DNA of 7,040 nt from Paraspadella gotoi (GCA_051294375.1 JBJCIZ010000287.1:1-7040), one strand, 5' to 3'; positions 1 to 6,773 are shown, counted from the first letter of the stretch. Notes: generated by a model not told the origin, from the sequence alone. Numbers and translations: made by a program.

Positions 1-30
<30 letters not shown>
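1..30 (+). repeat. (GA)15 microsatellite, probably truncated by the window edge
   Basis: Perfect GA dinucleotide run from base 1 to 30. Confidence 0.97.
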
Positions 31-33
<3 letters not shown>

Positions 34-141
34 CAGAGGAGGTTTACATGGAGGAGCCAAGCAGGAAAGATTAAAAGGAAACATAAAGCAACATAAGTAA
101 AGCTATAGAAGTTAACGGAATTAAGGCAGGCTGAGAAAAGC

Positions 142-300
142 CAAGCAGGGAAAGTTAAGGAAGCAAGCAGGGAAAGTTAAGGAAGCAAGCAGGGGATTTA
201 AGGAGGAAACAAGTAGGGGATTTAAAAAGGAAACAAGCAGGGGATTTAAAAAGGAAACAAGCAGGGGATTTCAAAAGGAAACAAGCGGGAGAAGGTTAAG
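142..300 (+). repeat. Purine-rich minisatellite, 22/24-bp units, about 6.5 copies
   Basis: Units start at CAAG at 142, 164, 186, 210, 234, 258 and 282. The first two are CAAGCAGGGAAAGTTAAGGAAG (22 bp). The next four fit consensus CAAGCAGGGGATTTAAAAAGGAAA (24 bp). A related degenerate copy starts at 58. Confidence 0.92.
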
Positions 301-338
301 AAGGAAAGCAAAGAGGAGCCAAACAGTGAATGTTTGGT

Positions 339-400
339 GGAGCAAAAGCTAGTGAGGTAAAAAGGAGCAAAAGCTAGTGAGGTGAATAGGAGCGAAAAGG
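339..400 (+). repeat. 25-bp tandem repeat, about 2.4 copies
   Basis: GGAGCAAAAGCTAGTGAGGT occurs at 339 and 364, with a partial third copy GGAGCGAAAAG at 389. Confidence 0.88.
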
Positions 401-499
401 CGAAGAGAAGTCGCGCAATTAGTTCTATTATTCAAGAGACGATGAGAGATGATAAAGATTAAAGAGAAATTGGGGCGTTTAACGGGAAAAGAGCTCCGT

Positions 500-722
500 T
501 GGGAGATGAGAGGGGGAGGGAGACAGAGAGGGAAAGAGAGGGGGAGGAAGAGGGGGAGGGAGAGAGAGAAGGAGAGGAGGAGAGAGAGAGGGAGAGGAGG
601 GAGGGAAAGGAACAGAAAGAAAGAGGAAGGGCGAAAGAAAAAGAGAGAGGAAGAGGAAAAGGGGAAAGGAAGGCAAGATAAAAGAAAGGAAGGAAATATA
701 AAAGAAAAAACAAGGAGGGAAA
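500..722 (+). repeat. Polypurine low-complexity tract with G-quadruplex/triplex potential
   Basis: Uninterrupted purines at 525-612. G-runs at 512-516, 518-520, 530-532, 540-544, 552-556 and 558-560. Confidence 0.9.
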
Positions 723-781
723 TTCAAATGTTGTGTTGCGCCTCAGTGACTTTCTTAGCTTCTCTTTTACTCTTTATAGTT

Positions 782-838
782 TTATGATTTCCTGAAAGCG
801 TCGATTGAAGTCACTTTGATTTGAAGTTTTTTTCCTGT
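782..838 (-). CDS. Candidate second coding exon (TGKKLQIKVTSIDAFRKS*) of a putative two-exon micro-ORF
   Basis: Minus strand reads CTCATTTGTTTAG|ACAGGAAAAAAACTTCAA..., with the AG at 840-839. It is in phase 0 with the donor at 1150 and open for 18 codons to TAA at 784-782. No homology recognised and the pyrimidine tract is short. Confidence 0.25.
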   Translation of the reverse strand, partial: TGKKLQIKVTSIDAFRKS

Positions 839-840
839 CT

Positions 841-985
841 AAACAAATGAGCAACCGACTATAGTCGAGTTATGAGCATTTTTCACATAAGTGAGACAGA
901 CCGACCGACTGACGTACCGACCGACAGACCGACCTAAGAGTGACTTATAGAGTTGCTCCGCGATTACTCGCGGTGCAACTAAAAA
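841..985 (-). mobile_element. Short non-autonomous DINE-1/HINE-like (Helentron-associated) element
   Basis: Minus strand order: TTTTT; a 13-bp inverted repeat AGTTGCACCGCGA-GTAA-TCGCGGAGCAACT (12/13; + coordinates 951-963 and 968-980); a short core CTATAAGTCACT; a (GTCG/GTCT)n tetranucleotide run (~895-934); a 12-bp palindrome CGACTATAGTCG (856-867); then TTTGTTT. This matches the known DINE-1/HINE layout. The family is assigned from architecture only. Confidence 0.55.
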
Positions 986-1150
986 GGAAAGAGACAAAGA
1001 GAGAAAAATGATGATAAACCTCAATAAAATGCCACAAAAAAGATAATAATCATAATTAGTACATAAAAGTTTAAATCTATACGACGGTTGAATCGCTGAA
1101 GACCGAGAGAGGGCGTCGCCGCTTCGAACTCGTCTTTCAAACGCACTTAC

Positions 1151-1165
1151 CTCTTTATCCGCCAT
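1151..1165 (-). CDS. Candidate first coding micro-exon (MADKE) followed by a consensus splice donor
   Basis: Minus strand reads ACAAG ATG GCG GAT AAA GAG|GTAAGT. Kozak context has A at -3 and G at +4, it overlaps a YY1-type CAAGATGGCG motif (1169-1160), and the donor AG|GTAAGT (1150-1145) is consensus. The surroundings are locally CpG-rich. Confidence 0.45.
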
Positions 1166-1287
1166 CTTGTGGAGAAATGGTTTTTCTCCAAGGACGAGTT
1201 TTTATGACAGAAAAACCGATGAACAAACGAAATATGCGAACCAAAGACCCGTATACGATTCGGATGCAAAGAAATATTAAGCGTGTG

Positions 1288-1339
1288 GTTGCATTCTTTT
1301 TTGCAATTCTATAAGTAACTTTTCGGTGGGTCAGTCCGT
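1288..1339 (+). mobile_element. Diverged 5' fragment of the same HINE-like family, opposite orientation
   Basis: 1303-1339 matches the reverse complement of 920-956 at 30/37 positions without gaps. It is preceded by a residual TTGCA...TGCAA hairpin (1289-1306). Confidence 0.45.
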
Positions 1340-1697
1340 ATGACTGCTTGTTGATTTCAGCCTAATTCGTTTAACATGCCTGCTAATCTGGTAATACTCC
1401 ATCAATTTTGTTATTATTGTTCCTCAATCTCATTTGCATATTGTCGTATTCTGATTAAATTTTGAGATTTTTATTCTATAGCCATGAAGGGGTTAATATT
1501 AAAATTTTACCTCGGCAAATGATTATTGTTTGTTTGTGGTTCAATTATAATCTAAATAATTATTTTATTATTTGGTAGTTTTAGCAATGATTCATGTTTA
1601 TACTAAGGAAGTCCCGATGATAATTAATTAATGCGTAACAGTGGCGCAATACCTTGAAGTAAAATGAGAAAAACAAGGTAGCAAGAATTTAAGCACC

Positions 1698-1747
1698 GTT
1701 ATTCCATGTTATTCCATGTTATTTCATGTTATTCCATTTTATTCCAT
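1698..1747 (+). repeat. 10-bp tandem repeat (GTTATTCCAT)x5
   Basis: Copies at 1698, 1708, 1718 (1 mismatch), 1728 and 1738 (1 mismatch). Confidence 0.95.
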
Positions 1748-1933
1748 GACGGCTCTTTTTCTTAAGTTAAAAGGAGGATCTATCACACCAACAACAAAAA
1801 AATAAGCGAAATTGTATGTTTTTTACTTCACATCGTGAACCGTTGAGTCACCAAAACCACAACATGTTTCACTCTGTGTGAAACTCACAGCCTCACGGAC
1901 GCCATTGAAGGCAGGGTGAAAGGTCAACGAGTC

Positions 1934-1954
1934 AGAGAGAGAGAGAGAGAGAGA

Positions 1955-2007
<53 letters not shown>

Positions 2008-2017
2008 AGAGAGAGAG
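1934..2017 (+). repeat. Interrupted (GA)n microsatellite
   Basis: AG run 1934-2004 with one AAGAAG interruption, plus a short continuation to 2017. Confidence 0.96.
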
Positions 2018-2274
2018 CAAATGGATTCCGGTCATCGATAGACTTTTGGTCAAATGCGACGATAAAGATAAAGGAAAAGACAGAAACTACGAATTCGGAG
2101 AATTTTGACGAGTATCGATCGTAGGATTATTGTAGTGAAGTCGGGTCAGGTCATGAGGTGAGGTCCGGTGAGGATAGAGCTGAGATGAAGGGTCCAACAA
2201 ATCGAAAATGAAACCGATAAAGGAAAACAAGGTGACGCAAAATTTAAAATTAAAATATAGCAAAAAAAATAGAT

Positions 2275-2350
2275 GCAAACAAAAGCAAGAGCAAAATCAA
2301 AAGCGAAAGCAAAGCATAGCAAAGCAAAAGTAAAAAAGCAAAAGCAAAGC
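2275..2350 (+). repeat. Degenerate (AAAGC/AAAAGC)n simple repeat
   Basis: Repeated GCAAA/AAAGC units across about 75 bp. Confidence 0.8.
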
Positions 2351-2610
2351 GACCCTCGCCATTGGCGCCCCAACGCGATCCTGTCGTCTCTCGCTCCACT
2401 TACAATTTGATGAATCGAGAGTCGAGCAGATGGCAAGAGATTTTTGCAATAAAATTCCCGTTGGGTTCTGACGCGGGGGGAAATATGGCGAGCCTGAGAG
2501 TCGCGAGATCGAAATAATCGGGGCAAGTTTTAACTCGGAAAAAAGTTAAAAGAGTCTCACTGATTAAGTTGCTTTAATTTAGGCAAATAAAACTGGGCAA
2601 AAATTAACGG

Positions 2611-2697
2611 CTCTCTCTCTTCTCTGTCTCTTCTCTTCTCTCTCTCTTCTCTCTCAATCTCCTCTCTCTCTCTCTCTCTCTCTCTCATCTCGTCTCT
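2611..2697 (+). repeat. Imperfect (CT)n/(CTCTT)n polypyrimidine tract
   Basis: CT and CTT units with few interruptions. It is the main tract with polarity opposite to the rest of the window. Confidence 0.93.
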
Positions 2698-2837
2698 ATC
2701 ATTTTAGTTAAAGTCGATGATTTCTTTTTGGTTCTCGGATTCTTAAAACCTTTCCATCCATAATGACGTTTCTCCTAACTCTTTCCCTTTTCTGGCAAGA
2801 TTTTTCATGAAATAATTGAATCGGGAGGGCGCGCAGT

Positions 2838-2959
2838 GAAGAGAGAGAGAGGGAGAGGAGAGAAGAGAAGAGAGAGTAGAGAGAGAGAAGAGAAGAGCAG
2901 AGAGAGACGAGAGAGAGAGAGAAGAGAGAGAAGCAGAGAGAGACGCAAGAGAGAAAGAA
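2838..2959 (+). repeat. Imperfect (GA)n/(GAGAA)n polypurine tract
   Basis: GA and GAA units, with internal repeat AAG(AG)CAGAGAGAGACG occurring twice. Confidence 0.93.
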
Positions 2960-3271
2960 CTTCGGACGGAGAGAACAATCGATCCGATTTCTTTCGGTAA
3001 TTTGTTTTCTTTTTTTGATTTTTAAAGTAAAGAAAATAATTTGGATTCTGAAATATTATTTGGTATAAATGCCTTAAAATAAACTTGCCGACGGCTGTCG
3101 ATACGGTAACTTTTGATGATATGAGTAATAATATTCCTAGTTTAGTAATACCGGCCGAAAGTACAAGAAATGTTAAAAAATATAGAATAAAACTGAAGAA
3201 GATAAATATTTTAAAGATATAATCAATTATAATTATAATAACTCCCACAAAACGCATCGAAATGGAATCGA

Positions 3272-3281
3272 GTCACGTGAC
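3272..3281. promoter_or_regulatory. Palindromic extended E-box GTCACGTGAC (CLEAR/USF/Cbf1-type bHLH-Zip site)
   Basis: Exact 10-bp palindrome matching the known consensus. No target gene is identifiable. Confidence 0.3.
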
Positions 3282-3370
3282 CTTAAGAGAGTCACCAGCC
3301 ATCAAAGCACCCGACTTCTTTGGTGTTTGAGAGGTCAACAAAGGAAAGAAGAAAAGAAAAGGGAAAAAAC

Positions 3371-3409
3371 ATTGTTATAATAAAGTTTATTATAACAATA
3401 TTTGTTATA
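3371..3409. repeat. AT-rich perfect inverted repeat with a third arm
   Basis: ATTGTTATAATAAA-G-TTTATTATAACAAT (3371-3399, 14/14). TATAACAA (3391-3398) can alternatively pair with TTGTTATA (3402-3409). Confidence 0.9.
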
Positions 3410-3547
3410 CATAAACATAAACTCTCGAATCAACGTTTCTTTAAATAAATCTAAAGTGGCCCTATTTCCCAAAAACGGCCCCATTTCTGCTTAGTGTTTG
3501 GAATAAAGTTTCAAGGTTCAAGATTAAAAAATTAGATTAAGGATTAG

Positions 3548-4100
3548 TGTCCGCTGCCTGCTGCCGCTGCTCGTGCCGCCACACCGCCCCCAGCTGCTCT
3601 GCCCTCGCGTGCGCTTCTGCGCACCTGCCAGCTGCCGACCGCGGCTCCTGTTGCTGTTTACGTGATATGACTTTTAATCCACTATTAATTACTCTCTCCT
3701 TTTCTCTCCATCTTTCTCAACGAATTCGTCTCTCCGCTCTTCCTCTTCACTTCTCACTGTCATTTGGCGGCGGCGGGCGGCTGCTGCGCGCGGGCGGCGG
3801 TTAGGACAGTCGGCGACAGGGAGGGCTGCGTCGACGCGGCCTGCTGGGTCCTTAGCAAAGAAATGGGATTAGCCGCCGAAGAGTCGAACGATTTCGCAAA
3901 ACTGGAGGAATACCATGAAACGTGTCGGCCTCTTTGTCGGCATCGTTTGTCGGCGAGCGGCGGCGGCGGCGGCGGGCGCGCGGGGGCCGGTCGGCGGTGG
4001 CGGCGGCGGAGTTGGGAGGGAGGGGTCTATGGTCCGTATCTGATAGGAGAGTGGCACGGGAAAAGGTGGGTTGGATCTAATGGAACCCGGGCGACGTGTT
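3548..4100. other. GC/CpG-rich block with (GGC)n runs
   Basis: Abrupt change from AT-rich DNA at ~3548. Contains (GGC)3 at 3766, (GGC)5 at 3959-3973, many CpGs, G-runs at 3974-4025 and an internal pyrimidine-rich patch at ~3690-3755. Confidence 0.75.
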
Positions 4101-4424
4101 ATGGGCAAAAATGAGAGAAGGTAAATGAGCGAATTTGGGTTGGAGGCTTTGTTAGTCACATTAAAATGTTCTATGTTATTCTAGTTTTGTTTTGTATTCG
4201 CTGTGAGCACTCTCTTATATTTTGAACACAGGATGATTGCGCAGCACTGGTCTCTGTTTCCCTACAATGGCCCTTCCACCAAGTCCCCAAGAGTGCAACT
4301 CAAAACTCTCAAATTTGCATCAGCAGAAATCAAAGGATCGCAGCGCGCCCATTGGCGTCCATAAAAAACGAAGAAAGAAAGAAAGAGGCAAATGTGATTG
4401 AATTTAGGGTTAAAGCTAGGCTGT

Positions 4425-4472
4425 GAGAGGGGAGAGAGAGCGGAGAGAGAGATAGAGAGAGAGAGAGAGAGT

Positions 4473-4506
<34 letters not shown>

Positions 4507-4531
4507 TGAGAGAGAGAGAGAGAGAGAGAGA
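4425..4531 (+). repeat. Imperfect (GA)n microsatellite
   Basis: GA run with a few GT, TA and CG interruptions. Confidence 0.95.
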
Positions 4532-4662
4532 TGAGATGAAGAAAGGGGGGGCTGGGCCGTCCGACCAGAGGAGAGGGAGGCGTGGCTGCGACTACAGAAA
4601 ACTGGGCGTGACTCGTTTTTGGCTTCACGAGGCTTCGTTCGCCGACGTCGCTGTTTGGATCT

Positions 4663-4706
4663 CGTTGTTTGTTGTCGTTGCTGTTGTCGTTGTTGTTGTC
4701 GTTGTC
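4663..4706 (+). repeat. Imperfect (GTT/GTC)n trinucleotide repeat
   Basis: GTTGTCGTTGCTGTTGTCGTTGTTGTTGTCGTTGTC. Confidence 0.85.
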
Positions 4707-4808
4707 GCGTCTTCTCTCTTTTTATTTTGTCACATCATCGAATGTTATCGTAGTTCACGATTGACGTCACATATCCTTCAAACTTATATCCAGAAAAATC
4801 TCAGATCT

Positions 4809-4812
<4 letters not shown>

Positions 4813-4879
<67 letters not shown>
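4813..4879 (+). repeat. (GA)33 perfect microsatellite
   Basis: Perfect run 4813-4878 plus a terminal G. Confidence 0.97.
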
Positions 4880-4884
<5 letters not shown>

Positions 4885-5260
4885 GTAATTCCATTAAAAA
4901 CATGGTTATCCATCAATCATGGTTCCGAGTGGGAAAGTACACGAACTACTAAAAATGCCTTTCAAGATATAAGTCATTGTTTAGAATGGTAACTTCGTTA
5001 ATAATAAATATACTATATAATGTATAAATTAAATTTCTTGAATAGGGGGAGTAAGACATTAGGGTTTTAAAAAAAAGAATTACTACACTGGTCAGAAGAA
5101 AATGTTGAATGGAATGAATTCTATGCTTGGTTGACTAATTTCGGGACACCTGCTATTTAAATCTAAGAGCCATTTTATAAATGACGCTCAGGAAATATGC
5201 CTATTCATAGACCTTAAAAGCTCTCGCCCAAAGCCCTTACCCAAACCACCAATGACTTAC

Positions 5261-5357
5261 CATAGACACCGAACGCATGAAGGGAGTCCAAGTTTCGTTA
5301 GGCATTCCGTCCACGGGAAAGATTTCTTCAGTGAAGAGCCAAAAGTTCGACGTGAGA

Positions 5358-5358
<1 letters not shown>
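5261..5358 (-). CDS. Candidate internal coding exon, claudin/PMP22/TARP (Ca-channel gamma subunit)-like first extracellular loop
   Basis: Minus strand reads (CT)45-CAG|98-nt exon|GTAAGT, with acceptor CAG at 5361-5359 and donor at 5260-5255. The open frame (phase 1 in, phase 0 out) gives xLTSNFWLFTEEIFPVDGMPNETWTPFMRSVSM. By eye this resembles the 'STDYWLYxEE...SGLW' segment of TARP/claudin-like proteins, and it has an NET sequon. Homology was not tested. Confidence 0.5.

Positions 5359-5360
<2 letters not shown>

Positions 5361-5451
<91 letters not shown>
5361..5451 (+). repeat. (GA)45 perfect microsatellite
   Basis: Perfect run 5361-5450 plus a terminal G. Confidence 0.97.
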
Positions 5452-5455
<4 letters not shown>

Positions 5456-5712
5456 CATATGGCTAATGCGAAATGTGTAGGAAAAAGAGAGATAAGAAAT
5501 AATTTATTTTCCTCTGTGAATTTTTTCGATGGAAGAGTGAAAGAGAAAACGTTTAACCAGAAATTTTTTTCATATGTGTCATAGAAGTACCAACAAAAGT
5601 GTGAATTATAATACTCCCAGTTAATTACAACAAGATATTAATGATATATTAGTGAGTTTTACAGATTAATTATTTGTATTTTTTAATCGTATTAAAAATT
5701 TAAGTTAAGTAT

Positions 5713-5829
5713 AGAGAAGAGAGAGAGAGAGAGGAGAGACGAAAAGGTGAAAAAGAAGGTGAAAAAAAGAAAAGAGAAAAAAAAAATGAGGTAAAAAAGA
5801 AAAGAAAAAGAGAAGAGAAAAATAAAAGA
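5713..5829 (+). repeat. GA- and A-rich purine low-complexity tract
   Basis: A short (GA)n run followed by A-runs punctuated by G. Confidence 0.85.
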
Positions 5830-6149
5830 CAATTTGGAAAGAGCTGGCGGGAAATATAGAGACAGAGACAACGACAGAGACGGACAGAGCAGCGGGAAAA
5901 CGGGCAGCAAAAAAACTGAGGGGGGGGTCACGCGGCCTCGAGGAAAAAAAAAAGATGCGAGACAAACAGCGAGGGATTCTTTGAGATATAATTCATAATG
6001 ATTAATCATGAATTAATTATGAATAGTGATGAATTCATCGCCCGAGTTTGGCCGACCACGAATATTGAGACAAAACAATCTGGTCTGGCGGAAAAAAGAT
6101 AAAGAGAAAAAAAACAGAGGGGAAAGGAAAACAGAGATAATAACTGAAG

Positions 6150-6410
6150 AGAGATGGAGGAAAAGAGAGGAAAGGTAGATGGAGGAAAGGAAGGAAAGGA
6201 ATATGGGGGAAAAGGGAGAAAGGGAGGAAAGTAGATGGAGGAAAAATGAGAAAAGAAAGATGGGGAAAAAGGAAGAAAAGGGGATGAAAGTAGATGAGGA
6301 AAAAGGAGGAAAGGAAGATGGAGAAGGAAAGAAAGGGTGGAAAGGTAGATGGAGGAAAATGAGGAAAGGAAGAAAGAGAGATGGAGGAAAAGGAGGAAAG
6401 ATGGCGTCGA
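6150..6410 (+). repeat. Degenerate purine-rich minisatellite built on AGATGGAGGAAAA, period about 55-59 bp
   Basis: AGATG(G) motif at 6152, 6177, 6233, 6258, 6292, 6316, 6347, 6379 and 6399. The GTAGATG variant occurs at 6175, 6231, 6290 and 6345. Confidence 0.75.
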
Positions 6411-6477
6411 AGGAAAAAAAAGTAAAAATTGAGACAAGAGGGAAATCTCCTTCGCTGAATTGGAGAAAATAGAAATT

Positions 6478-6701
6478 GAAAAGGGAACGGAGAAAATAAA
6501 AAAAGGAAAAAGAAAAGTAAAAAAAAAGTAAATAAGAAAAGAAAGGAAAGAAATGATGAAAAGAAAAAAAGAAAAGAAAGAACGAAAAAGGGAAAAGAAA
6601 AAGAAAAAGAGAAAAGAAAGAAAAAAAAAGAAAAAGAAGAAAAAAGAAGAAGAAAAAAAGAAAAGAAAAGAAAGAAGATAGAAAGAAAAAAAGAAAAGAA
6701 A
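6478..6701 (+). repeat. A-rich polypurine tract (GAAA/GAAAA-like)
   Basis: Uninterrupted purines at 6584-6678, with almost entirely A/G flanks. Confidence 0.92.
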
Positions 6702-6773
6702 TCCTTCCGCCCTAATGGAAAGCGATATCTCAAAGGAAATTCTCTCGTCGACGAAGATTTTCAACCAAAATCT

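Noticed and set aside
142-400. Possible CRISPR array
   Set aside because: The units are head-to-tail with no unique spacers, are not palindromic, and there are no cas genes.
449-787. Overlapping ORFs rich in E/R/K/G (+) or L/S/P/F (-)
   Set aside because: They are translations of a purine tract that cannot contain stop codons, with no domain-like sequence.
797-829. KLQIKVTSIDA resembling the ERM/merlin N-terminus (VRVTTMDA)
   Set aside because: The match is short and is followed by FRKS-stop rather than ELEF and a FERM domain, so it is insufficient for a call.
839-1165. 108-aa minus-strand ORF as a full protein
   Set aside because: After MADKE it passes a consensus donor and runs through a microsatellite-bearing element (GRSVGRYVSRSV). 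It is better explained as intron read-through.
1202-1276. Minus-strand GLW...C (GGTCTTTGG at 1249-1241) as the missing next exon of the claudin-like candidate
   Set aside because: There is no AG acceptor between the upstream in-frame TAA and the GLW, and the frame stops again after GLWFAYFVCSSVFLS.
1883-1905. Minus-strand ATGGCGTCCGTGAGGCT|GTGAGT as another start exon
   Set aside because: It has a pyrimidine at -3, a weak exonic side of the donor (CT|GT) and no supporting downstream exon.
2805-3257. 150-aa hydrophobic minus-strand ORF and the antisense ~55-codon open stretch on +
   Set aside because: The composition follows AT-rich DNA and the CT repeat. There is no recognisable motif or clear splice boundary.
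4398-4992. ORFs with poly-ER and poly-V
   Set aside because: They are direct translations of (GA)n and (GTT/GTC)n microsatellites.
6397-6472. Second AAGATGGCG start motif (MASKEKKVK...)
   Set aside because: It is one variant of the local AGATGG repeat, the ORF is short and no consensus donor follows.
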